Positions 41,097-51,850 of a stretch of DNA of 64,000 nt are shown here, piece by piece. Origin of the DNA: Escherichia coli. Its GTDB lineage: Bacteria; Pseudomonadota; Gammaproteobacteria; Enterobacterales; Enterobacteriaceae. Where the stretch lies: the NCBI RefSeq assembly GCF_046105845.1, contig NZ_CP151004.1; one strand, 5' to 3'. A program made the position numbers and the translations under genes. Position 1 is the first letter of the stretch; each line of letters begins with the position of its first letter. The notes beneath the pieces are model-generated. The model did no database searches, was not told the origin of the DNA, and worked only from the letters and a program-made list of their open reading frames with translations.

Positions 41097-42341
41097 ATGG
41101 CAACACTAACCACCACCCAAACGTCACCGTCGCTGCTTGGCGGCGTGGTGATCATCGGCGGCACCATTATTGGCGCAGGGATGTTTTCTCTGCCAGTGGT
41201 TATGTCCGGGGCGTGGTTCTTCTGGTCAATGGCGGCGCTGATCTTTACCTGGTTCTGTATGCTGCATTCCGGCTTGATGATTCTGGAAGCTAACCTGAAT
41301 TATCGAATCGGTTCTAGCTTTGACACCATCACCAAAGATTTGCTGGGCAAAGGCTGGAACGTAGTCAACGGCATTTCCATTGCCTTTGTGCTCTATATCC
41401 TGACTTACGCCTATATTTCTGCCAGCGGTTCGATTCTGCATCACACCTTCGCGGAGATGTCGCTGAACGTCCCTGCACGGGCAGCTGGATTTGGTTTTGC
41501 ACTGCTGGTAGCGTTCGTGGTGTGGTTGAGTACGAAAGCTGTCAGCCGGATGACAGCAATTGTGCTGGGGGCGAAAGTCATTACTTTCTTCCTCACCTTC
41601 GGCAGCCTGCTGGGGCATGTACAGCCAACGACCTTGTTCAACGTTGCCGAAAGCAATGCGTCTTATGCGCCGTATCTGCTGATGACACTGCCATTCTGTC
41701 TGGCATCGTTTGGTTATCACGGTAACGTGCCGAGCCTGATGAAGTATTACGGCAAAGATCCGAAAACCATCGTGAAATGCCTGGTGTACGGTACGCTGAT
41801 GGCGCTGGCGCTGTATACCATCTGGTTGCTGGCGACGATGGGCAACATCCCTCGTCCGGAGTTTATCGGCATTGCCGAGAAGGGCGGTAACATTGATGTG
41901 CTGGTACAGGCATTAAGCGGCGTGCTGAACAGCCGTAGCCTGGATCTGCTGCTGGTCGTGTTCTCAAACTTTGCGGTAGCGAGTTCGTTCCTCGGCGTTA
42001 CGCTGGGTTTGTTTGACTATCTGGCAGATCTGTTTGGTTTCGATGACTCGGCTATGGGCCGCTTGAAAACAGCATTGTTGACCTTTGCACCGCCTGTTGT
42101 GGGTGGTCTGCTGTTCCCGAATGGATTCCTGTACGCCATTGGCTATGCTGGCTTAGCAGCTACCATCTGGGCGGCAATTGTACCGGCGCTGTTGGCCCGC
42201 GCATCGCGTAAACGCTTTGGCAGCCCGAAATTCCGCGTCTGGGGCGGTAAGCCGATGATTGCGCTGATTCTGGTGTTTGGCGTCGGCAACGCACTGGTGC
42301 ATATTTTATCGAGCTTTAATTTGCTGCCGGTGTATCAGTAA
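41097..42341 (+). CDS. mtr: Tryptophan-specific permease Mtr, 414 aa
   Basis: [50 protein letters not shown]. Confidence 0.95.
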   Translation: MATLTTTQTSPSLLGGVVIIGGTIIGAGMFSLPVVMSGAWFFWSMAALIFTWFCMLHSGLMILEANLNYRIGSSFDTITKDLLGKGWNVVNGISIAFVLYILTYAYISASGSILHHTFAEMSLNVPARAAGFGFALLVAFVVWLSTKAVSRMTAIVLGAKVITFFLTFGSLLGHVQPTTLFNVAESNASYAPYLLMTLPFCLASFGYHGNVPSLMKYYGKDPKTIVKCLVYGTLMALALYTIWLLATMGNIPRPEFIGIAEKGGNIDVLVQALSGVLNSRSLDLLLVVFSNFAVASSFLGVTLGLFDYLADLFGFDDSAMGRLKTALLTFAPPVVGGLLFPNGFLYAIGYAGLAATIWAAIVPALLARASRKRFGSPKFRVWGGKPMIALILVFGVGNALVHILSSFNLLPVYQ

Positions 42342-42349
42342 TTGAACGA

Positions 42350-42374
42350 GCCGGATGAGCAGTTTTCATCCGGC
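42350..42374. other. Stem-loop just past the mtr stop (weak terminator or junction hairpin)
   Basis: gccggatgagcagttttcatccggc: 8-bp stem, no U-tract. Confidence 0.35.
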
Positions 42375-42401
42375 AATAATTCACAAGTACACGAGATGGT
42401 A

Positions 42402-42932
42402 TCAAATAAACCCCTGTTTATTATAAAGTTCTTCAGCGAGAGCTTCCCCGTGCTCATCGAAAAAAGCATCGGCGATAGTTAAATTTTCTGCCTTAGGATT
42501 TGCCGTTATTTTGCTACCATTGGCATCAAATTCGAGCGCGATAGCGGTCTCCGAACCCCACCAGTAATAATAAATTAGCGCAAAATTATTTTCCCCTGGC
42601 GTAATAAACTTCTCGATTCCCCGCACACAGGCCATGAGTGGCATGAAGATTTCATAGCTCTCTGAGAGAAATATGTGATCCATCGTGACTATCTGTGTTT
42701 CTTTATTAAAGTTGATATGTTCGGCATAAATATTCTTTTCACTTTCACCAGAATTACAAGCTGCAAGATTGTTAAGCATTTTTGCAGGATCGCCGTACAA
42801 CCGCTGCTTCTCGATAAACCATGGCAACCAGTCGTCATGGTCTTTGATATTTGTTGCTGGTGAATGGAAAAACTTCTCGAGGTTACTCTCGGTAATATGT
42901 GCATGAAGAAAAAAGGAAGCCGGTTCACTCAT
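42402..42932 (-). CDS. Hypothetical acidic cytoplasmic protein, 176 aa, no recognizable family
   Basis: ATG at 42930-42932 (minus); MSEPASFFLHAHITESNLEKFFHSPATNIKDHDDW...IYYYWWGSETAIALEF; no signal peptide or TM segment; AT-rich; lies between mtr and yhbW, which I recall as adjacent in K-12. Confidence 0.6.
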   Translation of the reverse strand: MSEPASFFLHAHITESNLEKFFHSPATNIKDHDDWLPWFIEKQRLYGDPAKMLNNLAACNSGESEKNIYAEHINFNKETQIVTMDHIFLSESYEIFMPLMACVRGIEKFITPGENNFALIYYYWWGSETAIALEFDANGSKITANPKAENLTIADAFFDEHGEALAEELYNKQGFI

Positions 42933-43089
42933 AATGATTTTCTCTGGTAATAAGTCGATTTGTTCATTTCTCTGTTTGGCGATGATAAAACGATGACTAT
43001 TTTATAAAAGTACAGAACTGGACCTTTTATCTATTTCATATCATAAGAAAATATATACAAGAACTGGCTCAGAATAAGCGGAATACGAA

Positions 43090-43809
43090 ATGGGGCGTAA
43101 AGGACTACTTGCTATTGTATTGTTGAGCCTGTTTATCGCCATGATTTTTCAATTTTTCTGGCCTGCCCCACACGATGAACACGTTTTCCTGCCAGTTGAA
43201 AAACCTGTCGCACCGTCTTTAAAAATCATTCATCCTGGTGACCAGTTATTTATCCGCATTCTGAAAGCGGAAGATAAGCTGGAACTGTGGGCAAGCACCA
43301 ACAACAAGCCTTACGAACTCTATAAAACCTGGACTATATGCGCGTGGTCTGGTGGCTTAGGGCCAAAACACAAACAGGGGGATGGTAAAAGCCCGGAAGG
43401 TTTTTATGCCACCAACAAAGGGTTGCTTAACCCAAACAGCCGCTATCATCTGGCATTTAATATTGGTTACCCGAATGCTTACGATCGGGCAAACGGCTAC
43501 ACCGGTGATTTCATTATGGTTCACGGGAACTGCGTTTCAGCGGGCTGCTATGCCATGACCGATGCTGGTATTGAAGAGATTTATCAACTGGTGGCGCAGG
43601 CGCTGAATAGCGGGCAGAAGAGCGTGCCGGTGCATATCTTCCCGTTTGCGATGAACGAAGAAAATATGCGCCAGGCGCAGGTATGGCCGGAATATAATTT
43701 CTGGCGTATGTTGAAGCCCGGCTATGATTACTTTGAAAAAAATCGCCGATTGCCAACCATCACCGTTGAAAACCGGCGTTATAAAATCAGCCCAACAATT
43801 CTTCCTTAA
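43090..43809 (+). CDS. YafK/DpaA-like L,D-transpeptidase-fold (YkuD domain) protein, 239 aa
   Basis: [24 protein letters not shown] hydrophobic N-terminus; [19 protein letters not shown]; catalytic-type motif [15 protein letters not shown] (His...Ser-x-Gly-Cys); LKPGYDYFE; 3' end overlaps the yhbW 3' end by 23 bp. Confidence 0.8.
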   Translation: MGRKGLLAIVLLSLFIAMIFQFFWPAPHDEHVFLPVEKPVAPSLKIIHPGDQLFIRILKAEDKLELWASTNNKPYELYKTWTICAWSGGLGPKHKQGDGKSPEGFYATNKGLLNPNSRYHLAFNIGYPNAYDRANGYTGDFIMVHGNCVSAGCYAMTDAGIEEIYQLVAQALNSGQKSVPVHIFPFAMNEENMRQAQVWPEYNFWRMLKPGYDYFEKNRRLPTITVENRRYKISPTILP

Positions 43810-44794
43810 CATCCATCGCCAGTTCAAACGAATGCAGGCGCGCCTGGTGATCGAAAATCTGCCCGTTAACCATAATCTCATCGGCGTCGGTTTCGCGCAG
43901 GATCGACTGCAAGCCATGACGCACTTTCGCTTTATCACCCACCAGCGACATACTCAGCGCCTGCTGCACGCCATACTGCTCGGACGGTGACCAGAACTGA
44001 TCCATATTTTGAATCGGCGGCGGTAGTTGCCCGGTTTCGCCACGGCGCAGCTTCACAAAGGCTTGCTGCATTGAGGTAAAGAGAAATTCAGCGTCGCGGT
44101 TGCTGTCGGCGGCGATAATATTGATGCACACCATCGCATACGGTTTTTCCAGCCGTGCCGACGGTTTGAAGTTGCTGCGATAAAGATGCAGCGCCTGGAA
44201 CAACATATCCGGCGCGAAGTGTGAGGCAAACGCAAACGGCAGACCAAGCTGCGCCGCCAGTTGCGCGCTGTAAAGGCTGGAGCCTAACAACCACACGGGG
44301 ATTTTCTCGCCATAGCCCGGTACCGGGCGCACATGCGGATTGGGATCGCGGGCGTCAAACCAGTCCACCAGCTCCGCGACATCGCGGGGGAAATTATCAA
44401 TATCGCCGCTCATATGACGACGTAGAGCCATCATGGTTCGCTGGTCACTACCCGGAGCACGGCCCAGCCCCAAATCGATTCGCCCCGGATAGAGCGTATT
44501 AAGCGTGCCGAACTGTTCGGCGATCACCAATGGTGAGTGATTAGGCAACATCACGCCGCCAGACCCCAGATGCAGCGTAGTGGTATTCGCCGCCAGATAG
44601 CCAATCAAAACTGATGTTGCAGCACTGGCAATGCCGGTCATATTGTGGTGTTCTGCCAGCCAGTAGCGATGATAGCCGCGCTTTTCAGCCAGACGGGCGA
44701 GCTCGAGAGAGTGGGAGAACGCTTCCCGCGCTGAAGAGCCTTCGGGAATGGGGGCCAGATCGAGTAGCGAAAACGCAATGGTTTTATCAGTCAT
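43787..44794 (-). CDS. yhbW: Luciferase-like (LLM-class) flavin monooxygenase, 335 aa
   Basis: [62 protein letters not shown]. Confidence 0.9.
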   Translation of the reverse strand: MTDKTIAFSLLDLAPIPEGSSAREAFSHSLELARLAEKRGYHRYWLAEHHNMTGIASAATSVLIGYLAANTTTLHLGSGGVMLPNHSPLVIAEQFGTLNTLYPGRIDLGLGRAPGSDQRTMMALRRHMSGDIDNFPRDVAELVDWFDARDPNPHVRPVPGYGEKIPVWLLGSSLYSAQLAAQLGLPFAFASHFAPDMLFQALHLYRSNFKPSARLEKPYAMVCINIIAADSNRDAEFLFTSMQQAFVKLRRGETGQLPPPIQNMDQFWSPSEQYGVQQALSMSLVGDKAKVRHGLQSILRETDADEIMVNGQIFDHQARLHSFELAMDVKEELLG

Positions 44795-44874
44795 AACAGC
44801 TCACTTTGTTACCGATTAATCTTTAATACTGCATTAAAGAGTAGTTAAAGTTGTTAACAAAGTGAGCTATTTAC

Positions 44875-45753
44875 TTAGGCTTGCAGCTCCAGCCCAGCCA
44901 GCCGCCGCCAGTAGCCGTTACAGTCGCTGTTTGCCGTCAACGGCAGTGGCGCAGCGCCATTTTCATTGGCGCGGAAGGCGTCGAGCATAGCGAAAGTGTC
45001 AGTCCCCTGCGGTGACAGACGAACCACATCAACCAGTCCCTGCATGGATGCCAGCTCGTTACCGAGGTTGTAAACGTAGCCGCTCATGGTCTGAATGCCG
45101 TTGAGTACAAACACTTGTTGGTTTTCCTGCGACAGCACGTTGCGCCCGTTCGGATACTTAATGCAGCAGGTTTCGCACTCATCTTTCGGGCGGTCTTCCG
45201 AACGCGCGGTAAAGCAGCGGGCGGAGTAGGCCAGCGGCAGATGACCGTAGCTCAGGACTTCCACTTCAAACTGGTTGCGAATGCCCAGCTCATCGCACTG
45301 ATTAAGCAGATTCACCAGCCAGTCGCGGGAAAGCTCCACCGGCATACACCAGCGCATCATGCCCTGTTTGAGCAATATTTTCAGCGTCACCGCGTTGTAG
45401 CAGTTCAGCGCGTGTCCGGCGACGAACGGTAGTTTGCGCTCAGCGCACATATTCACCACGCCGAGATCGCTGGCTTCAATCAGAAACTCACCGTTCTCAA
45501 CATAGCGTTTCAGTTCGCCCAGTTCAGAGGATGCCTGCACCAGCGCCAGCGTGGAGAGCACAATCTGCTTACCACTTCCGGCGAGTGATTTTGCCATCTC
45601 CAGCCAGTCGCCAACTTTGGTTGCCCGGCGCTTGCTGCATACCGCTTCACCAAGATAAATCACGTCGGCGCTGCTGGCGGCGGCCTGCTGATAAAATTCT
45701 TCCAGCGTCTCTTTTGGCCAGTACCACAGCACTGGCCCTAAGGAATATTTCAT
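44875..45753 (-). CDS. ubiV: U32-peptidase-family protein UbiV (YhbV), O2-independent ubiquinone biosynthesis
   Basis: ORF 44875..45771; conserved start MKYSLGPVLWYWPKETLEEFYQQAA at ATG 45751-45753; Cys cluster PKDECETCC. Confidence 0.88.
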   Translation of the reverse strand: MKYSLGPVLWYWPKETLEEFYQQAAASSADVIYLGEAVCSKRRATKVGDWLEMAKSLAGSGKQIVLSTLALVQASSELGELKRYVENGEFLIEASDLGVVNMCAERKLPFVAGHALNCYNAVTLKILLKQGMMRWCMPVELSRDWLVNLLNQCDELGIRNQFEVEVLSYGHLPLAYSARCFTARSEDRPKDECETCCIKYPNGRNVLSQENQQVFVLNGIQTMSGYVYNLGNELASMQGLVDVVRLSPQGTDTFAMLDAFRANENGAAPLPLTANSDCNGYWRRLAGLELQA

Positions 45754-45761
45754 TGCTTTTC

Positions 45762-46757
45762 TCACTGCCATTTACGGTGATACGCGCCAAGGGTGGTCTG
45801 CGTGCCTTCGGACATCGACCCGAGCGTCTCCATCCACGCGCTTTGCGGTATGAAGTTTTGCGGATCGGCCTTACAACGGTCGATAGCCTGACGCCAGACT
45901 TTCGCCACCTGGCTGACATACGCCGGGCTACGCTGGCGGCCTTCAATTTTCACCGAAGCAATATTCGCTGCCATTAACTCCGGCAGCAGTTCCAGGGTAT
46001 TGAGACTGGTGGGTTCTTCCAGCGCGTGATAGCGCTCGCCGTCCACCAGATAACGCCCTTTACACAGCGTCGGATAACCTGCGTTTTCGCCATCCTGATA
46101 ACGGTCGATCAGCACTTCGTTCAGGCGAGATTCCAGCCCCTGCGGCGTTTGCTGCCAGCGCACGAAACGGGCCGGAGAACACGCACCCACAGTGTTGGGC
46201 GACTCACCCGTCAGATACGACGACAGATAGCAACGCCCTTCCGACATAATGCACAGGCTGCCGAAAGCAAACACTTCCAGCGGGACAGGTGTGACCCGTG
46301 CCAGTTGTTTCACCTGATGAATCGACAACACGCGCGGCAGCACCACGCGGGCAACGTCAAAATGGCGATGATAAAAGTTAATCGCCTCTTCATTGGTCGC
46401 CGAAGCCTGCACTGACACATGACGCTCAATATGCGGGTAACGCTCGGCGGCGTACTCCAGCATGGCGAGGTCGGCGAGGATCAGCGCGTCGGCACCCAGC
46501 TGCGCCGCCATATCCACGGCGCGCTGCCAGCGGGCGTAACCGTCCGGGTGCGCAAAAGTGTTAATCGCGATGTGAAGTTTGCGGCGATGTTGATGGACAA
46601 AACTCACCGCTTCCTGCAATTTTTTCTCGGTAAAGTTAAGGCCGGCGAAGTGACGGGCATTGGTATCATCTTTTAGCCCGATATAAACAGCATCTGCGCC
46701 GTTTTCGATGGCCGCCTTAAGCGCCGGGAGATTTCCGGCAGGGCAGAGCAGCTCCAT
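45762..46757 (-). CDS. ubiU: U32-peptidase-family protein UbiU (YhbU)
   Basis: ORF 45762..46784; conserved start MELLCPAGNLPALKAAIENGADAVYIGL at ATG 46755-46757; Cys-rich FGSLCIMSEGRCYLSSYLTGESPNTVGACSPA. Confidence 0.88.
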   Translation of the reverse strand: MELLCPAGNLPALKAAIENGADAVYIGLKDDTNARHFAGLNFTEKKLQEAVSFVHQHRRKLHIAINTFAHPDGYARWQRAVDMAAQLGADALILADLAMLEYAAERYPHIERHVSVQASATNEEAINFYHRHFDVARVVLPRVLSIHQVKQLARVTPVPLEVFAFGSLCIMSEGRCYLSSYLTGESPNTVGACSPARFVRWQQTPQGLESRLNEVLIDRYQDGENAGYPTLCKGRYLVDGERYHALEEPTSLNTLELLPELMAANIASVKIEGRQRSPAYVSQVAKVWRQAIDRCKADPQNFIPQSAWMETLGSMSEGTQTTLGAYHRKWQ

Positions 46758-46965
46758 AATTTTTCCTGAAGGTTGCGCTATCAAAACGCAAAAATGTTAA
46801 CGAACTGGGATTTTAGTTAACCTTGCTGCGACAATTTTTGATTTAAGGCAGTTAAAGTTGTATTGGTGGTAGCAGCAATTTCATATGGAATTGTTGATTT
46901 ATACCGCTATGTTATTTTTCTGATATGGCAAAATAGGATGATTGTTGAAACAGGGAGTAAAACTC

Positions 46966-47490
46966 GTGTTGGATAAACTGCGTTCCCGTATTGTGCATTT
47001 GGGGCCATCTCTGTTGAGTGTACCGGTAAAACTGACGCCATTTGCGCTAAAACGTCAGGTTCTTGAGCAGGTCCTAAGCTGGCAATTCCGTCAGGCGCTG
47101 GATGATGGCGAGCTGGAGTTTCTTGAAGGCCGCTGGTTAAGTATTCATGTGCGTGATATTGACCTGCAATGGTTTACCTCGGTGGTGAATGGCAAACTGG
47201 TCGTTAGCCAGAACGCGCAAGCTGATGTGAGTTTTAGTGCCGACGCCAGCGATCTGCTGATGATTGCGGCGCGTAAACAAGATCCGGATACGCTCTTCTT
47301 CCAGCGTCGGCTGGTGATTGAAGGCGATACGGAGCTGGGGCTGTATGTGAAAAACCTGATGGACGCCATTGAACTGGAGCAAATGCCGAAAGCCTTACGC
47401 ATGATGCTGCTGCAACTGGCGGATTTTGTTGAGGCGGGAATGAAAACCGCGCCTGAAACCAAACAGACATCGGTAGGTGAACCATGCTAA
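46966..47490 (+). CDS. ubiT: SCP2-domain lipid-binding protein UbiT (YhbT), GTG start
   Basis: ORF 46942..47490; conserved N-terminus LDKLRSRIVHLGPSLLSVPVKLTPFALKRQVLEQ from GTG at 46966; divergent from ubiUV. Confidence 0.85.
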   Translation: MLDKLRSRIVHLGPSLLSVPVKLTPFALKRQVLEQVLSWQFRQALDDGELEFLEGRWLSIHVRDIDLQWFTSVVNGKLVVSQNAQADVSFSADASDLLMIAARKQDPDTLFFQRRLVIEGDTELGLYVKNLMDAIELEQMPKALRMMLLQLADFVEAGMKTAPETKQTSVGEPC

Positions 47491-47987
47491 TTCGAGTAGA
47501 AATTCCCATTGATGCGCCGGGTATTGATGCCCTGCTGCGTCGTTCATTCGAAAGTGATGCGGAAGCGAAGCTGGTTCACGATCTGCGTGAAGATGGCTTT
47601 CTGACGTTGGGGCTGGTGGCGACAGATGACGAAGGTCAGGTCATTGGCTATGTGGCATTTAGTCCGGTTGATGTGCAGGGCGAAGACCTGCAATGGGTCG
47701 GCATGGCACCGCTGGCGGTAGATGAAAAATACCGTGGACAGGGGCTGGCACGCCAACTGGTCTATGAAGGACTCGATTCGCTCAATGAGTTCGGCTATGC
47801 CGCAGTGGTGACGCTGGGCGATCCGGCGCTGTACAGTCGTTTCGGCTTTGAACTGGCGGCGCATCACGATCTGCGTTGCCGCTGGCCGGGCACTGAAAGC
47901 GCCTTCCAGGTACATCGTTTAGCGGATGACGCGCTGAACGGCGTAACCGGTCTGGTTGAGTATCACGAGCATTTCAATCGCTTTTAA
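47484..47987 (+). CDS. yhbS: GNAT-family N-acetyltransferase, 167 aa
   Basis: [62 protein letters not shown]; acetyl-CoA motif RGQGLARQL. Confidence 0.88.
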   Translation: MLIRVEIPIDAPGIDALLRRSFESDAEAKLVHDLREDGFLTLGLVATDDEGQVIGYVAFSPVDVQGEDLQWVGMAPLAVDEKYRGQGLARQLVYEGLDSLNEFGYAAVVTLGDPALYSRFGFELAAHHDLRCRWPGTESAFQVHRLADDALNGVTGLVEYHEHFNRF

Positions 47988-48276
47988 TCTCCGGGGGTTG
48001 CAGGCTGCTCAACAGCTCTGCAAACCCTGCGCCTTCCGCTACCAGACGCTCTTTTTGCCGTTTGGTCAGTTGCTTAACGCGATATTCCGCCCGTAGTGCC
48101 AGCGAACGATCGCCCACTGGCGCGGAAAACGCCAGCGTTAGTTCTCCTTTCCCGCGCAGTGCTTTCGCCCCTTTGCCGCTTTGGTGCTGCTGATAGCGGC
48201 GTTCGACATCTGTGGTGATCCCGGTATAAAGCTTATTGTCGGCGGTACGGATCAAGTAAAGAAACCAGGGTGTCAT
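47974..48276 (-). CDS. yhbQ: GIY-YIG domain protein, 100 aa
   Basis: [44 protein letters not shown] (YLIR...LYTGIT...R..H core). Confidence 0.88.
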   Translation of the reverse strand: MTPWFLYLIRTADNKLYTGITTDVERRYQQHQSGKGAKALRGKGELTLAFSAPVGDRSLALRAEYRVKQLTKRQKERLVAEGAGFAELLSSLQPPEIKSD

Positions 48277-48326
48277 CGTCTGCGTCGCATGTTAAGGTCA
48301 GGCCCACAGTATAAAAGAGAACAGCA

Positions 48327-48749
48327 ATGGAAACACTCACCGCCATCAGCCGTTGGCTGGCAAAACAACATGTTGTCACCTGGTGTGTGCAGCAGGAAGG
48401 GGAACTCTGGTGCGCTAATGCCTTTTATCTTTTTGATGCGCAGAAAGTCGCCTTCTACATTTTGACGGAAGAAAAAACGCGCCACGCGCAGATGAGTGGG
48501 CCGCAGGCGGCAGTTGCCGGAACGGTAAACGGTCAGCCGAAAACGGTAGCGTTAATTCGCGGCGTGCAATTTAAAGGCGAGATCCGCAGGCTTGAAGGTG
48601 AGGAAAGCGACCTCGCACGCAAGGCGTACAACTGTCGCTTTCCGGTTGCCAGAATGCTGTCGGCCCCGGTATGGGAAATCCGGCTCGATGAAATCAAATT
48701 CACCGACAACACGCTGGGCTTTGGTAAAAAAATGATTTGGCTACGTAAC

Positions 48750-48770
<21 letters not shown>
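48327..48770 (+). CDS. yhbP: Pyridoxamine 5'-phosphate oxidase-like FMN-binding protein, 147 aa
   Basis: [55 protein letters not shown]. Confidence 0.85.
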
Positions 48771-49280
<510 letters not shown>

Positions 49281-49281
49281 A

Positions 49282-50031
<750 letters not shown>

Positions 50032-50103
50032 TTATTCCCAAGAATTGATAGTGAGCGTAATATTCACGCGCTCAATTATCATAACTTATTCCTGGGGAAT
50101 GCT

Positions 50104-51144
50104 ATGACTGGTCAGTCTTCATCTCAGGCGGCAACGCCCATTCAGTGGTGGAAACCCGCGCTTTTCTTTCTCGTTGTCATTGCTGGTCTCTGGTATGTGA
50201 AATGGCAACCTTACTACGGCAAAGCGTTTACTGCTGCCGAAACCCACAGTATCGGTAAATCTATCCTTGCGCAGGCGGATGCTAATCCGTGGCAGGCGGC
50301 GTTGGATTACGCGATGATCTATTTCCTCGCGGTATGGAAAGCGGCGGTGCTGGGCGTACTGCTCGGGTCGTTGATTCAGGTGCTGATTCCGCGTGACTGG
50401 TTGCTGCGTACGCTTGGGCAATCGCGCTTTCGCGGCACGCTGCTGGGAACGCTGTTTTCGCTGCCGGGCATGATGTGTACCTGCTGTGCGGCTCCGGTCG
50501 CGGCGGGAATGCGTCGCCAACAGGTATCGATGGGCGGGGCGCTGGCATTCTGGATGGGGAATCCGTTGTTAAACCCGGCGACGCTGGTGTTTATGGGGTT
50601 TGTCCTCGGCTGGGGGTTTGCGGCGATTCGTCTGGTGGCGGGGCTGGTGATGGTGTTGCTGATTGCGACGCTGGTGCAAAAATGGGTACGTGAAACACCG
50701 CTAACGCAGGCACCGGTCGAAATTGACATACCGGAAGCGCAGGGCGGATTTTTTAGCCGCTGGGGCAGGGCGCTATGGACGCTTTTCTGGAGTACGATCC
50801 CGGTTTATATCCTTGCCGTACTGGTGTTGGGTGCCGCTCGCGTCTGGTTATTCCCCCATGCTGATGGTGCTGTCGATAACAGCCTGATGTGGGTGATTGC
50901 GATGGCGGTAGCGGGATGCTTGTTTGTCATTCCAACGGCAGCAGAAATTCCAATTGTACAAACGATGATGCTGGCAGGCATGGGAACCGCTCCGGCGCTG
51001 GCATTGTTGATGACGCTCCCGGCGGTGAGTTTGCCGTCACTGATTATGCTGCGCAAAGCGTTCCCGGCGAAAGCCTTATGGCTGACGGGGGCGATGGTGG
51101 CAGTGTCAGGTGTGATTGTCGGCGGGTTGGCGCTGTTGGCCTAA
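50104..51144 (+). CDS. yraQ: Predicted permease, 346 aa
   Basis: MTGQSSSQAATPIQWWKPALFFLVVIAGLWYVKWQPYYGK; multi-pass membrane protein with Cys cluster GMMCTCCAAP. Confidence 0.88.
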   Translation: MTGQSSSQAATPIQWWKPALFFLVVIAGLWYVKWQPYYGKAFTAAETHSIGKSILAQADANPWQAALDYAMIYFLAVWKAAVLGVLLGSLIQVLIPRDWLLRTLGQSRFRGTLLGTLFSLPGMMCTCCAAPVAAGMRRQQVSMGGALAFWMGNPLLNPATLVFMGFVLGWGFAAIRLVAGLVMVLLIATLVQKWVRETPLTQAPVEIDIPEAQGGFFSRWGRALWTLFWSTIPVYILAVLVLGAARVWLFPHADGAVDNSLMWVIAMAVAGCLFVIPTAAEIPIVQTMMLAGMGTAPALALLMTLPAVSLPSLIMLRKAFPAKALWLTGAMVAVSGVIVGGLALLA

Positions 51145-51178
51145 GATGTTGGATGCTCCTGAATACAGCACTGGACGG

Positions 51179-51215
51179 TCCCCTCTCCCCTTTGGGGAGA
51201 GGGTTAGGGTGAGGG
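51179..51215. repeat. GC-rich perfect hairpin plus canonical G-quadruplex motif between convergent yraQ and dolP
   Basis: ccctctcccc ttt ggggagaggg (10-bp perfect stem) then GGGG-aga-GGG-tta-GGG-tga-GGGG on the + strand; no U-tract. Confidence 0.6.
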
Positions 51216-51265
51216 GAACAGGTCGGCTAAGGTGTGAATATTTACTTCAACGACCGATCAATGGC

Positions 51266-51841
51266 TTATTTAATAAACGTAAACGCCGTGGTTACCCGCT
51301 TCACGCCGCTTACCCGGCTGGCAATATCTGCCGCCGCTTTCGCTTCACGTTCAGTCACTAGCCCCATCAGGAACACTTCACCGTTTTCGGTGGTCACTTT
51401 CACGTTGGACGATTTCACCAGGTCGCTGGTTAAGAGCTGCGAACGCACTTTGGTGGTGATCCACGTATCGTTAGACGCTTCGCCCAGACCAATCGGCTGG
51501 CCCTGACGAATCTCGTTATACACTTCGTTGGCACCGTCTACGCCCATAGCAATCTGTTTGGCGCGAGCCGAAAGTTCAGCGTTTGGTGACTGCCCAACCA
51601 GCAGCACTTTGCCCTGATACGCCGTGACATTAATACGGGTTTCTTTCTTAATCTGTTCGTCTTTCGACAATGCGCTGTTTACGCGCACTTCCAGGGTACC
51701 ATCGTCCACCTGGGTGCCGACACTGCGTGGGTCAGTTGCGGCTTTGGTACCTACAGCAGCGGTACCCACTACGGCAGCGGCAACACAACCTTGCAACAGC
51801 AGCGCGGAAAGAAGGACTGCGATTGGCGATAATGCCTTCAT
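51266..51841 (-). CDS. dolP: Dual-BON-domain outer-membrane lipoprotein DolP (YraP), 191 aa
   Basis: MKALSPIAVLLSALLLQGCVAAAVVGTAAVGTKAATDPRSVGTQVDDGTLEVRVNSAL (lipobox LQGC). Confidence 0.93.
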   Translation of the reverse strand: MKALSPIAVLLSALLLQGCVAAAVVGTAAVGTKAATDPRSVGTQVDDGTLEVRVNSALSKDEQIKKETRINVTAYQGKVLLVGQSPNAELSARAKQIAMGVDGANEVYNEIRQGQPIGLGEASNDTWITTKVRSQLLTSDLVKSSNVKVTTENGEVFLMGLVTEREAKAAADIASRVSGVKRVTTAFTFIK

Positions 51842-51850
51842 GTATTCTCC

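Noticed and set aside
42402-43809. Toxin-immunity or anti-phage defence reading of the mtr-yhbW islet
   Set aside because: The LDT-fold protein looks like a stand-alone exported enzyme rather than a toxin domain of a polymorphic effector, the partner is cytoplasmic, and the genes are divergent rather than an operon; there are no nuclease, ATPase or other defence-type domains.
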